Positions 1 through 16,280 of a DNA stretch of 64,000 bases are shown here, piece by piece. Made by a program: the position numbers and the translations under genes. Positions within the stretch are counted from its first letter, which is position 1; each line of letters opens with the position of its first letter. The notes below the pieces were generated by a model, which saw only the letters and a program-made list of their open reading frames with translations, was not told the DNA's origin and made no database searches. Source of the stretch: the human T2T-CHM13v2.0 reference genome, Homo sapiens; NCBI RefSeq assembly GCF_009914755.1, contig NC_060927.1; one strand, written 5' to 3'.

Positions 1-222
1 GTGGTCTTCCTGGAGGGCTGCTGACACCTGCCCATCTTCTCTCTCCCTCTGGTGCTACTGTCTGAGCAGCTGTGCAGGAGCAGGAAGGAGGAATAGGCAG
101 GGCCAGAAAAGTTCCCTGTGTCCCTGGGACTTCCTTCCCTCAGGCATTTCGGCATAAACACACGGAACCTCGTGGGAGTACAGCAGGAAGAAAAAGTGAG
201 GAACCCTGAAGAAGGATCTCTC

Positions 223-495
223 GGCTGGGCACGGTGGCTCACGCCTGTAATCCCAGCACTTTGGGAGGCTGAGGCGGGTGGATCCCTTGAGGTCAGGAGT
301 TTGAAGCCATCCTGGCTAGCATGGCGAAACTCCAACTCAACTCCACAAAAATTAGCCGGGTGTGGTGGCGCGTGCCTATAATCCCAGCTACTCGGGAGGC
401 TGAGGCATGACAATCACTTGAACCCCGGGGGAAGGAGGTTGCAGTGAGCCGAGATCACTGGGTAACAGAGTGAAACTCCATCTCAAAAAAAAAAA
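223..495 (+). mobile_element. Alu SINE (S/J-type, internal deletion in right arm)
   Basis: Starts GGCTGGGCACGGTGGCTCACGCCTGTAATCCCAGC and ends in poly-A; flanked by near-identical AAGAAGGA(T/C)CTCTC target-site duplication. Confidence 0.95.
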
Positions 496-617
496 GAAGG
501 ACCTCTCCCAAACTTGCCCTCAGCCATAAGGCACCCCCCCTGCCAAGAGCCAACAGTGAGGTGCCAGGTCACATGTGGCACAGACATGGCCCCAGCCAGG
601 AAGCCCTGCTCACCCCG

Positions 618-1081
618 TGAGATAAAGTTGCAAACTTAAGAAGCCATGTCTGCACATTTCTGCTGGCCAGCCGAATTCCACAAAGCCCCTGACTCTGTGA
701 CAACGCTCAACCCTCCGGAGGATGAAGTGAAGACAAAACAGGATAGAGCGCCCGGCCCCCAGCGTCTCTTCCTGAGTCACTATATTCCTTAAAAGATCCA
801 TGACCCTAGTGCTTGCCTTTTCCTACGCATAAGATCGCATCTGAAGGGGTCAGTGATGTCGCTTCTGGAGTCTCTAACCAGATGCACCCTTGCACGTAAG
901 CCTTGATAACCCCCTGCGTATACCGAGCCTGTCTACCTGTGTGTAAACTGTGAGCTGAAACAGTCTTGGGGCAGCCTGACAGAACCTCTCGAAAGACTCC
1001 TCCCAGGCTGGAGTCCTCAGGAAACTTCTGAATAAAACGAACTTAATTCTTTAAAAGCTTGACTTTTTCCTTTGGTCAACA
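618..1081 (+). mobile_element. ERV-type solo LTR (family not firmly assigned)
   Basis: About 460 bp bounded by TG...CA, with AATAAA near 1031 followed by a T-rich U5-like end (TTCTTTAAAAGCTTGACTTTTTCCTTTGGTCAACA). TSD not convincing. Confidence 0.55.
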
Positions 1082-1289
1082 CCCTCCCTGCTGAGATGAT
1101 CCCTGGGGCCTCTCCTCAGGCTTTCCTGACACCAGAGGTCCTTCTCCTCATCTCCTCCTCAGAAGTCAGGGTCATCCCTACATCCAGGCTGGCAATAAAT
1201 ATTTGTTCAAGCCTATTATGGACAAGCACCATGCCCAGAAAAATGACGAGGAGGAGGAGAAGAACACCTCTCCCCATTCACAGGAATCA

Positions 1290-1392
1290 TTACCCAGCTA
1301 TATGTACATTATCTCAATTCCTCACAACTACCTACGGTCAGTATTATTTCCATTTTACGGACGAGGAAATGGAGGCCCAGAGAGTTACTGCG
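1290..1392. mobile_element. MIR fragment
   Basis: MIR core-like text CCATTTTACGGACGAGGAAATGGAGGCCCAGAGAG. Confidence 0.7.
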
Positions 1393-1395
1393 CCT

Positions 1396-1691
1396 GGCGG
1401 TGCACAGTGGCTCATGCCGCTAATCCCAGCACTTTGGGAGGCCGAGGAAAGCAGATCACTTGCAGTCAGGAGTTTGAGACCAGCCCGGCCAACACAGCAA
1501 AACTCCATCTCTACTAAAAATACAAAAATCATCCAGGCGCGGTGGCAGGCACCCGTAGTCCCAGCTCCTCAAGGTGCTGAGGCAGGAGCATGGTTTGAAC
1601 CCAGGAGGCAGAGGTTGCAGCGAGCCGAGATTGCACCACGGCACTCCAGCCTGGGTGACAGTGAGTGAAAATCGGTCTCAAAAAAAAAAAA
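1396..1691 (+). mobile_element. Alu SINE (AluS-like)
   Basis: Two-arm Alu consensus with central CTACTAAAAATACAAAAA and poly-A tail. Confidence 0.95.
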
Positions 1692-4600
1692 GTGATGTGC
1701 TGATGGTCACACATTCTGCCTTTTGCTGCATTAACTCAGAAAGAGCTCATCTCCTGTGCTCTCACCAAGTTCAGAGCTGGAGTGAGAAATAACATCACAG
1801 AAAGGATTCCTAGCGGGCTTTGGTTCTCTGGGAAGGTCCGGCTGGTAAGGCAGAAAAGCAGAAAAGCAGAAAACAGGCTATGAGGTCTGAATTGCATCAG
1901 GCCAGTTCCAACCACAGAGCAGGCTGTGGGTGAGGATGGGAAGATGGCAGGGATCAGCTAGGCTGCTCCCTGCCCCAGGGATACTTAGAGGCAGGAGGCC
2001 CGATTCAAGTCAGGGCCCTGGCCCTAGACCCAAAATCTTCTCGCTGAAAAAAACCTATAGAGATCACCCAGGAAAATGGAGCATGGAAGCCACCTGGGCA
2101 AGGCTGCCCAGCTAGGACATAAAGTCCACCCTCGCTAGGGCACCACAAGACTGCCTGCAGCCTTTCCCACCAGCGAGATGGCAGCCTCAGTGTAATGTAT
2201 TTCATGCAACCCAGATTTTGAGCAAAGTAAACCGTACTCTTTTCAGAGGTCCAATTCTTTCCCTAAAATACTTAGGTCAGCCCTTGCAGCCTGCTGTTCT
2301 TCACTTGCTGTATTTTAGTGAGTTAAACCACCCAAGGATGTTCTAGGCAAAACTCCCACCACTACACACGATCACAGGACTCCATCGGCCCCAGAAACCC
2401 AACCCCAGGGATTCATTCATTCAATTAGGCTTCAGGGTCCAGGATGTGAAGAGCACAGTGAATCACACAGACACCCTCATCCTGGAGAGCCCACTCTGAT
2501 GGCAGGACCATTCTCCATGCTGGGGACAGTACACCTTGGCTCTTGGCAGGGGAGCTTCTCTAATGGTGCCCAAGACAGCAGCTCCTGCCAGTTGCAGAAG
2601 CTGAGGGTAGGAAAGGGAGGCCTAGCAAGGCAGCCACTTCCAGACCCTCGAAATGCCAAAAACCTCCAGAGTGTGTGGTTCATCTGAGCAGCCGCAGAGT
2701 CTTCACGTGGACGTAACCTTCTCCCAAGCAAGGATGACCCCCATGGGAGTTACAGTGCTCTAAATCCTCTCCTTGCACGAGGTCAAGTAGGAAAAGAAAT
2801 GATTGCCATATGAAAGTTCAAGTTGGGGACAAAAGGGGCTGAGTGAGGTCCCTGGAGAACAGTTCAGAGGAGCACGGGCTTTGGAGAGAGAATATCTGGA
2901 TTTGCCCTTTGGCTCAACACCCCTTCCGACCTCTCCAAACCTCTTGGGAATGGTGACTCAGTACCAGTGTCACAGTCCTGGTCCCCACCCCTGGCCCTGC
3001 CGCTCCGGCTCCAAGCTGGTTCAGAAAATACGCAACTCACCCAAGGTGTCCAGGTCTGGCATCTCTGCCACTCTCCCATCCCTGGTTCCCTAGAATGGAG
3101 CCTCCATCCCCATGTCTAAGCATGCCAGCGCATTTCACCAGAGACCGCGGTGGGAGGGGGGAGTCCACCCAGTTCTACTCGAGAAGCACAGCAGTGCGGT
3201 CAGAGAGAAAGGAGCAGGAGCTTAGCTCCTGTGCTCCCTCACAGCTCCAAGAGCCCAGTCATCCTGCGGGCCGCGGTGGGCAGCCGCGAGCCACAACCGT
3301 GTCTGGTGACAATCCTAGTAGAGTTCCAGACTGATGCGGCGAGACCACTCCATTCCACCAGGGGCTGGCCCAGAGTTTGGTTCAAAACCGTCAGGTCGCC
3401 ACTAGCCTCACTGTCCTTCGACTGTGGTGACAGAGCCACTGCTCTGAGCACTCACCTCATACCCAACACAGGAAAGAGGTGCCTCAAAAGCTTGCTGGGC
3501 TAGCCTCCTCCCCCACCCCGAGGCTAGCCCCTGAGGCAGCTGCCCCCACTCACCTCTGTCCTCTGTGCTGTCAGGCCTTGCGGAGGCCAACACTCACTAT
3601 GACTCGGTGGTGCCCGAGCTGCAGAAGACCCAAACTTGACTTTTCAAGCTTCTCTTTCAAGGACTGCCTGGGGCCTGTGGACAGGGGCAGCTGCATTAAA
3701 GGCCATTTGTACACACAGAGCACACCTGGGCAAAACAGACCTGGTTTCCAGCACCCCCAAACACCCAGCTTGCCCCCAGCCTGCCCCACAGCTGGCCGCG
3801 CTGTGTGCCTCGAAGCCTTACAGCTCAGCACTCTACAGCACTGTCCTTGCTTTTAAATTTTTCTTTTTTTTTAAGGGAAGAAAATCCACAAAACAATCTG
3901 TCCTTCTGACAGGCCAGCTCAGATTCCTATCGTGCTAGGTTGGATCAAGGAGCATCATTACGACGGCTTTATCAGAACTGTCTGCTTCAGAAAATAAACA
4001 ACTTATCAAAGGTAGCCAGGTCTGGCGTCTCGGCCGCTCCCCTACCCCTGCTTCCCTGGAACAGAGGCTGTTTCCCTGTCTCCATGCATGTGAATGCATT
4101 TCAGCAGAGACCACAGACCTGTAGGGGAGAAGTCTATCCAGTTGTATTCAACAAACACAGTGGTTAGGGGCAGGGGCTGTGGGGTCAGAGGCCTGACTAT
4201 GAGCCAGGGCCAGTTTAGGATGGGCCCTGTGAGGAAGGTCAGGGAAGCTGACCTTGCTGCTAAAGGGAACAAAAGGTTTGAAGCGAGGTATGAGGAAGGT
4301 CACTCTGGCTGGGTGGGCACTGGCATGGAGGAGGAAGGGCTGGAAGCAGCAAGACCAGGCAGGAGGATGCTTTGGTGATGGGGGGGAGGGTGGCAGTGCC
4401 AAGGATGGAGACAAGCAAAGGGTTTAGGAGATACTTAGCAGGTGTATGACTAGCTCTAAGAACGGATGCATGTAGGTGATGAAGGGGGACAAAGAGCTCC
4501 GGGTCCTGGCTTCTGTCTTGAGCATTCTGGCTATGGGGTCAGTGGCAGTGGCTGTTCTAATCATGATCAGTGACTTGCATGATGACACTGGCCAGGCCCC

Positions 4601-5324
4601 TCCCCGATACCTCCCACCTGTACCACAAGGAGGGAGAGTGGCCTCCTAGGCCTTCCCGGCTCCAGGTCGCCTTGGTGGCAGCACTGTGGTCACCTCCTCC
4701 TGCCTCGGTGCAGCTTCTCTAAACTCAGGGCAGGCTGCGGGGAGCAGTAAGGGGGCTGGGAGGCACTGCCCGTGTGGCCCGTTGACACGCCACCGTCTCT
4801 CCAGGTGGCCTGCAGCAAACCCGCCTTTCCTGCTCCTCTGGACACAGCCGGCCTTGCCCTTGCCAGGCTGCGTGTGGCCCTGGAGCTCCTCTTCCGCCCT
4901 CTTCCCGTTTGTACCCACTCTCCAGGGAGACATTTTTCCCCTTTAAACTGGAAATGTGCTCCCTGGCTCCTCCTCAGATCCCTTGTGCTTGAGTTGCTTC
5001 TCCAGGCCTTCCAGATAAATCTCTTGAAAATCTGCTGTGCTTGGGGTGCTCCCTGTGAAAGCAGAAAAGCATCTGAGCTACCCTCCCTGTCTCTCCCCAC
5101 TGCACGCTCTATTCAGGTATCAACACAGGTATGCCTGGAGCTGGTAGAGCACAGAGACAAGGCAGTCAGGCTCCCTGCACGCAGGGCCTGCAACTTCTCA
5201 GCTCTCTCCGGATAGGGCACTGGGGCCTGGGCTTACCCAGAACAGCCAACTGGAATTTGAATGAACATAAAGAGTGGAATTTTTAACAGCCAGATCAAAG
5301 CGGGCATTAAAATTAGATGCTACT

Positions 5325-6229
5325 GGAGGAGCCCAGATGGCCGAATAGGAACAGCTCTGGTGTACAGCTCCCAGCGTGAGCGACGCAGAAGACGGTGATT
5401 TCTGCATTTCCATCTGAGGTACCGGGTTCATCTCACTAGGGAGTGCCAGACAGTGGGCGCAGGTCAGTGGGTGCGCGCACCGTGCGCGAGCCGAAGCAGG
5501 GCGAGGCAATGCCTCACTTGGGAAGCGCAAGGGGTCAGGGAGTTCCCTTTCAAAGGGAGTCAAAGAAAGGGGTGACAGACGCACCTGGAAAATCGGGTCA
5601 CTCCCACCTGAATACTGCGCTTTTCCAACGGGCTTAAAAAACGGCGCACCACGAGATTACATCCCGCACCTGGCTCGGAGGGTCCTACCCCACGGAGTCT
5701 CGCTGATTGCCAGCACAGCGGTCTGAGATCAAACTGCAAGGCGGCAGCGAGGCTGGGGGAGGGGCGCCCGCCATTGCCCAGGCTTGATTAGGTAAACAAA
5801 GCAGCCGGGAAGCTCGAACTGGGTGGAGCCCACCACAGCTCAAGGAGGCCTGCCTGCCTCTGTAGGCTCCACCTCTGGGGGCAGGGCACAGACAAACAAA
5901 AAGACAGCAGTAACCTCTGCAGACTTAAAGGTCCCTGTCTGACAGCTTTGAAGAGAGCAGTGGTTCTCCCAGCACGCAGCTGGAGATCTGAGAACGGGCA
6001 GACTGCCTCCTCAAGTGGGTCCCTGACCCCTGACCCCCGAGCAGCCTAACTGGGAGGCACCCCCCAGCAGGGGCACACTGACACCTCACACGGCAGGGTA
6101 TTCCAACAGACCTGCAGCTGAGGGTCCTGTCTGTTAGAAGGAAAACTAACAAACAGAAAGGACATCCACACCAAAAACCCATCTGTACATCACCATCATC
6201 AAAGACCAAAAGTAGATAAAACCACAAAG
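5325..6229 (+). promoter_or_regulatory. L1 5'UTR internal sense promoter plus antisense promoter (CpG-rich)
   Basis: Complete primate L1 5'UTR with many CpGs retained. YY1-site region at about 5331-5342. Antisense splice-donor motifs CCAG|GTGCGG (about 5670) and CCAG|GTGCGT (about 5586) read on the minus strand. Confidence 0.85.
5685..5774 (-). pseudogene. L1 ORF0, truncated to 29 codons
   Basis: Minus strand reads MAGAPPPASLPPCSLISDRCAGNQRDSVG then TAG. This matches the N-terminus of the 71-aa ORF0; a 1-nt loss in GGTCCTAC(G)CCCACGG creates the stop. Confidence 0.8.
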
Positions 6230-7246
6230 ATGGGGAAAAAACAGAACAGAAAAACTGGAAACTCTAAAAAGCAGAGCGCCTCTCCTCCTCCAAAGGAACG
6301 CAGTTCCTCACCAGCAACAGAACAAAGCTGGATGGAGAATGACTTTGACGAGCTGAGAGAAGAAGGCTTCAGACGATCAAATTACTCTGAGCTACGGGAG
6401 GACATTCAAACCAAAGGCAAAGAAGTTGAAAACTTTGAAAAAAATTTAGAAGAATATATAACTAGAATAACCAATACAGAGAAGTGCTTAAAGGAGCTGA
6501 TGGAGCTGAAAACCAAGGCTCGAGAACTACGTGAAGAATGCAGAAGCCTCAGGAGCCGATGCAATCAACTGGAAGAAAGGGTATCAGCAATGGAAGATGA
6601 AATGAATGAAATGAAGCAAGAAGGGAAGTTTAGAGAAAAAACAATAAAAAGAAATGAGCAAAGCCTCCAGGAAATATGGGACTATGTGAAAAGACCAAAT
6701 CTACGTCTGATTGGTGTACCTGAAAGTGATGGGGAGAATGGAACCAAGTTGGAAAACACTCTGCAGGATATTATCCAGGAGAACTTCCCCAATCTAGCAA
6801 GGCAGGCCAACGTTCAGATTCAGGAAATACAGAGAACGCCACAAAGATACTCCTCGAGAAGAGCAACTCCAAGACACATAATTGTCAGATTTACCAAAGT
6901 TGAAATGAAGGAAAAAATGTTAAGGGCAGCCAGAGAGAAAGGTCGGGTTACCCACAAAGGGAAGCCCATCAGACTAACAGTGGATCTCTCGGCAGAAACC
7001 CTACAAGCCAGAAGAGAGTGGGGGCCAATATTCAACATTCTTAAAGAAAAGGATTTTCAACGCAGAATTTCATATCCAGCCAAACTAAGCTTCATAAGTG
7101 AAGGAGAAATAAAATACTTTACAGACAAACAAATGCTGAGAGATTTTGTCACCACCAGGCCTGCCCTAAAAGAGCTCCTGAAGGAAGCACTAAACATGGA
7201 AGGGAACAACCGGTACCAGCCGCTGCAAAATCATGCCAAAATGTAA
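6230..7246 (+). CDS. LINE-1 ORF1p (RNA-binding chaperone), intact 338 aa
   Basis: MGKKQNRKTGNSK... full 338 aa with coiled coil, RRM and CTD; conserved REKG, ARR and YPAKLS motifs present. Confidence 0.95.
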   Translation: MGKKQNRKTGNSKKQSASPPPKERSSSPATEQSWMENDFDELREEGFRRSNYSELREDIQTKGKEVENFEKNLEEYITRITNTEKCLKELMELKTKARELREECRSLRSRCNQLEERVSAMEDEMNEMKQEGKFREKTIKRNEQSLQEIWDYVKRPNLRLIGVPESDGENGTKLENTLQDIIQENFPNLARQANVQIQEIQRTPQRYSSRRATPRHIIVRFTKVEMKEKMLRAAREKGRVTHKGKPIRLTVDLSAETLQARREWGPIFNILKEKDFQRRISYPAKLSFISEGEIKYFTDKQMLRDFVTTRPALKELLKEALNMEGNNRYQPLQNHAKM

Positions 7247-7309
7247 AGACCATCGAGACTAGGAAGAAACTGCATCAACTAACGAGCACAATAACCAGCT
7301 AGCATCATA

Positions 7310-11136
<3,827 letters not shown>

Positions 11137-11344
11137 ACAATGAGATCACATGGACACAGGAAGGGGAATATCACACTCTGGGGACTGTTGTGGGGTGGTG
11201 GGAGGGGGGAGGGATAGCATTGGGGGATATACCTAATGCTAGATGACGAGTTAGTGGGTGCAGCGCACCAGCATGGCACATGTATACATATGTAACTAAC
11301 CTGCACAATGTGCACATGTACCCTAGAACTTAAAGTATAATAAA

Positions 11345-11348
11345 AAAA

Positions 11349-11379
<31 letters not shown>

Positions 11380-11380
11380 A
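11345..11380 (+). repeat. (TAAA)n microsatellite derived from the L1 poly-A tail
   Basis: AAATAAAATAAATAAATAAATAAATAAATA immediately before the 3' TSD. Confidence 0.9.
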
Positions 11381-12649
11381 AAATTAGATGCTACTTCAAG
11401 CCATTACCTGGGGAAAGTAATTAGACTCCTCCGAAAATAACAGCAGTTCTGCTGCCACTCCTGGAGCCTTTCTTCTGGAATTATCTGGCCGTCCTCCCGC
11501 TGCCCTTCTCCCCACAGCTGTTCAGGGTGCAGAACTGCCCACTGGGGAAAAGGTGCCCTGACTCCAAGCGCATCCAAACTAATTAGGAGCCTATCCTCCC
11601 CCAGCCCACGTCCGTGGAGGCCCCATACCCCCAAGGCCTGGTGCAGTCAAGGGGAGAGTGTCAGCTGCTCCCCTCGGGGACAGTGGCAGCTCCTCCTCCT
11701 CCTCCTCCTCTTCCTCCTCCCTGTGTGGAATTTCGTGGGCTGGCTTGCTGGGGAGGCCATGAAACATGAAATTCACAGCACTGGCCTCTCCTGTTCCTAG
11801 GTCTCAGACTGAGGGAAAAGCATAAAGAAACGCTGGCTGTGGACGCACCTTGGAAGGAGGCAAAGGAGAAAAGAAAGCAAGCACCCGACACAGCCCAGCG
11901 AGGCCCCAAGGAGGCCCCACGCCCCACTGCCTGTCTGCACTCTGCTGAAACCCACATCCACGCCCCCAGGCCAGCTGGCATCTTCCACGCTTCCCTGCTC
12001 TCTTGGGGCCTCCTCCCTCACGCCCTCAGTGTCACCTCGCCCTTTGCCCAAGACCAACAGACACCTGCCCACACGCATGCAGGCCCAGAGTGGCCCGACC
12101 AGGCTTCCTCGCCCCTTGTTCTGTCCAGACACAAAGCTGACATGGGAGTCTGGTCGGCAGACTCATCCCCACACCCTGTACAAAGCTGGACACCCGCGGA
12201 GACCTCCGGAAGCCAAGATCTAAGCGCTTCGATCCCACATTCACAAGCCCCCTCAGCGGGGATTCCCAGACGCACGCTTCTCCTGAGAGAGTCCAGCCCC
12301 TCCTGGCGGCCGTGGTCCCTGGATGCGGGTGCTCGAGGCCTGTGTGGGTAATCACGCTTCCCGTCTCCACGCCACCCTTCCCCCACAGAGTCGCCTGCCC
12401 TTCCACACAGACAAGGGGCCACAAGGCCGCACCTTCCCCTCTCCACACAGCCTGCGAAGGCATCGCAGATGCCATTCTGATTAGCAAATGCTGCCTCTGC
12501 TCCACCACGCACCTGTTCTGTGGCTCAGCTCTGCCACTGGCCCTCCAGAAGGTTTTCTCAGCTAACCCCACTGGCCTCCACCTCCCCTCCCAGGGTTCTC
12601 TCACATAAGAGTTACTAGATGCAGGGCAGTGCTTCCCAGACCTTACTGT

Positions 12650-12765
12650 GCGGGGGAAATGTGTGTCCGGGATCTGGTTAAAATGCAGACTGGGATTCCG
12701 CATCGCTGACAAGCCCCCAGGTGATACCAACGCTACTGGTCTGCAGGCCACACTTTTGAGTAGTG
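12650..12765. mobile_element. MER5A-like hAT-Charlie fossil
   Basis: GGATCTGGTTAAAATGCAGA...CCCAGGTGAT...CCACACTTTTGAGTAG resembles the MER5A consensus. Confidence 0.6.
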
Positions 12766-14065
12766 AGAAGGTGGAGGTAAGAGTGAGGACTCTGAGTCAG
12801 GGAAAGTGTGTTCTGGCCCCAGCTCCACCAGAACTAAGCATTACATCTCATGAGACTGCCGTGAGGGCTGCATGAGGTAATGCAGTGTCTGGCTGTCGCG
12901 GGAACGCAGCGTGCACTCGCAAATGCAAATTCTCTTCCTCTTGCTCCAGTCTTCTCCCTGTGGCGGTGGTGAGTGTAATGCCTCAGAAGACTCTGCCAGG
13001 GCATTAAACAAAGTCATACGCGAACCCCCCGGTGCACGGCAGGTGGGTGATGTGGGTTCTCCTTCCTTGCCTTCCACCATCTGGGACTGGGGCCAGCACA
13101 GAACCTGTGCCCCATATGGTCAGGGAAGGCAGGGGGACAGCTCCTAGAGCTGAGCCTTGCAGATGGGCACTCTTACAGCCGGGCCTCCACATCCAGTTTG
13201 AGTGCTCATGTGTGGTGTTGGGGAAAGGGGTCGTTCAGGTCACACTGGTGGGCAATTCTTCAGGGGACTTTGTCACCTGTGTGCTTATGCGTGAGCAACA
13301 GCGCCTGATGACTCTTGGGAAGAGCCACAACAAAGCGAGGGCCTGCAGGCGGCAGTGGCCAGGGAACCCTAGGTAAGGCCCTAACACGTGCGGTCCCCTG
13401 ATCTGCGGGTGGGGCAGCCTTCACTGGAGGGGGAGTGAGTCTCAGTGAATCAGAGTGGGTACATGTGGAGCTGCAGGTCAGCAGCTCAACAGGGATGAGT
13501 AAGGTGCTTTCAGAGGCCACGTTAACCACATCTGGCTGGGAAGGAACCAGTTAGCAAACCTCTCTTTCCCTGCCCTGTTTCCAGCCCACAGGAACTCAAG
13601 CAGCTTCAGAGAAGGTCTTACTTGTTTCCGGGGAGAGGCCAGAGGCTCCGGGAACCCAATTCAATATGTAATATATAGCAGTGTCCACGCTATGGTCTAA
13701 GCAAAGGCAAGAGGAGAAATAAGGTTGATGGATGGCTCCATCCTTAGCACGCGTTTATGGACACCCACCCAGCCTTCTCCCAGCCGCCACGGCTCTCCAC
13801 ACACAGACAAAAGCAAAGCCCTTTGACCTTAAGCAGAAAAGTACACTGTCTCAACATACTTTTATAGAGTACCTGCTAAGCCTGGGGCCACCTAGGGGAG
13901 ATTGGAGGGTCCCTCTAGCATGGCTGCAGCCCATGCACAGCAGGAGGATCTGTGTGGCCAGACGGGGAGGCTGGTGACAGTGGCGCAGACACAGCACTCA
14001 GAGGCCTCCAGGTGCGGAGAAACAACATGTGACGCAGACACCATGCTCTGTTCCCAGTGCGTCCC

Positions 14066-14197
14066 CAACACACACACGTATATATACACGACCATGCCCA
14101 TGTGCACTTACATAATACACATGCACATACGCACACGTGTACGTAACAGACGCACATGCTGACAAACACACACGATACACACACACACACGCATACA
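14066..14197. repeat. Degenerate (CA)n low-complexity tract
   Basis: Alternating CA/TA/CG dinucleotides. Confidence 0.8.
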
Positions 14198-15129
14198 TTT
14201 CCTCGGCCTTCGGGAAAATGGAGTTCAACCTCCCATCTGAAGTTGAACTCGTTTCTTCAGAAGTGAGTCTGAGTCTTCATTTCTCAGGCACAGATGTGCA
14301 AGGAAACCATTCCTTCTCCTCCTCAGGCCTTCTCAGTGCCCTGGTAATATTTACACAGTTATTTAACAAGCAAGGCTGAGCTTTCCTTTCAACTGGCAAT
14401 TAAAATCAGAACATAGAGACAAGCTTTGTAAAGCTTGGTTTCCATAGAGGATAATTTTCTTCCATGGGTTTAAAAAAATGAGAATCTTGACTGAAACTGT
14501 AGGTACTCACGTCAACAGTAATGCCCACTCAGTCTTCCAAATTGAGATAGAATGTGACTACCTTTTGCTGGAGGTTAGAAATAGTTCAAATTTGTATAAT
14601 TTGTTTCCCAATTTAATAAGAAAAACAACAGGGGTGAAAATGGTCAGGCTGCGCTGAGCGCTGGGCAAAGGCAGGCTGTTCTGATTCCCGCCCAGCAGAC
14701 CCCTCAGACGGGCTCCCCTGGCGTCCCTCTGCTGGGACTTCCCATGTCCCTGTTGTCTTGAAGAAAGGAACAAGACATATAGGCCGGTTCATTTTTAATG
14801 TGCTGCTGGTGTGGCCCAGTCCCCTCAACCAGACTGCTGGCAACTTTAAGTTGGAGACAGTTCTTGGAAGCAGGCTCAGTGCTAAGTTGGTTTTGACATA
14901 AGAATACATACACAGACAGACAGACAGAGAGATATACTGTAGCTGACATTTACTAAATGCCAGTCACCTTTTAAACAATTTATATCAATGATTTCATCCT
15001 CACTAAAACTTTGTGACGCGGGTAACAGCAATGGCAAATGCGTATCAACACGTATCTAGCACCACGTGTGGGTTACAACAGCAGCAAATGCGTATCAACA
15101 CGTAGCTAGCACCACGTGCCACCACATGC

Positions 15130-15310
15130 AAGCACTGTTGTGTTTATATCTGTGACCTCATTCAGCTTTCATAAACTTATGAGGTTGTTATTATCATGAT
15201 CCCCACTTTATAGACAAGGAAACTGAGGCTTCCAAGGGTTAAGGAATTGAGTCAAAGCCCCCCAGCTAGTAAGTGGTGAGGTCTGGATTTAAACCCAGGC
15301 AGCCTGGCCT
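15130..15310. mobile_element. MIR
   Basis: CCCCACTTTATAGACAAGGAAACTGAGGCT...GGATTTAAACCCAGGCAG MIR core. Confidence 0.75.
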
Positions 15311-15719
15311 GGAGCCCCCACTGATAAGACTGTCCTCGGCTGCCTCTCAGTGCATGGCGAGCACCCTGTGAACAGTCGCCAAGATAAAACCCAGCCCTGA
15401 GCACCTCCGCTGGGACCACACAACTGCTTCTGATTCTCCGGGGGAGTGTGAGTGGAGAAAAGACCCTCACACAAATGCCCCCACCCCCCCACCACGCACA
15501 CACAAAGAAGTCAGGCTGGGCAGGAAAGACGCTTCAAACCAAATGTCTGGACAAAGAAAAGATGAGACTGGTGGAGGGGAACCGAGAAAGGCTCATGGAA
15601 GGTACTGTGGTGGTGAATAAGGAAGGACCCACAGAGTCCCACAGTCCCAGCAGTGGGGCGGGTCGGGAGGGGAACAGTGTGCTTCTGGGCCTAGGGGCAG
15701 CAGAGAGTGGCGGAGGAGA

Positions 15720-16280
<561 letters not shown>

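Noticed and set aside
1072-1792. ORFs with [13 protein letters not shown]-type peptides (also at other Alus)
   Set aside because: Standard Alu translations, not genes.
5925-6227. 100-aa minus-strand ORF in the L1 5'UTR as ORF0
   Set aside because: ORF0 starts at 5774 (MAGAPPP...). This is a different antisense frame with no known product.
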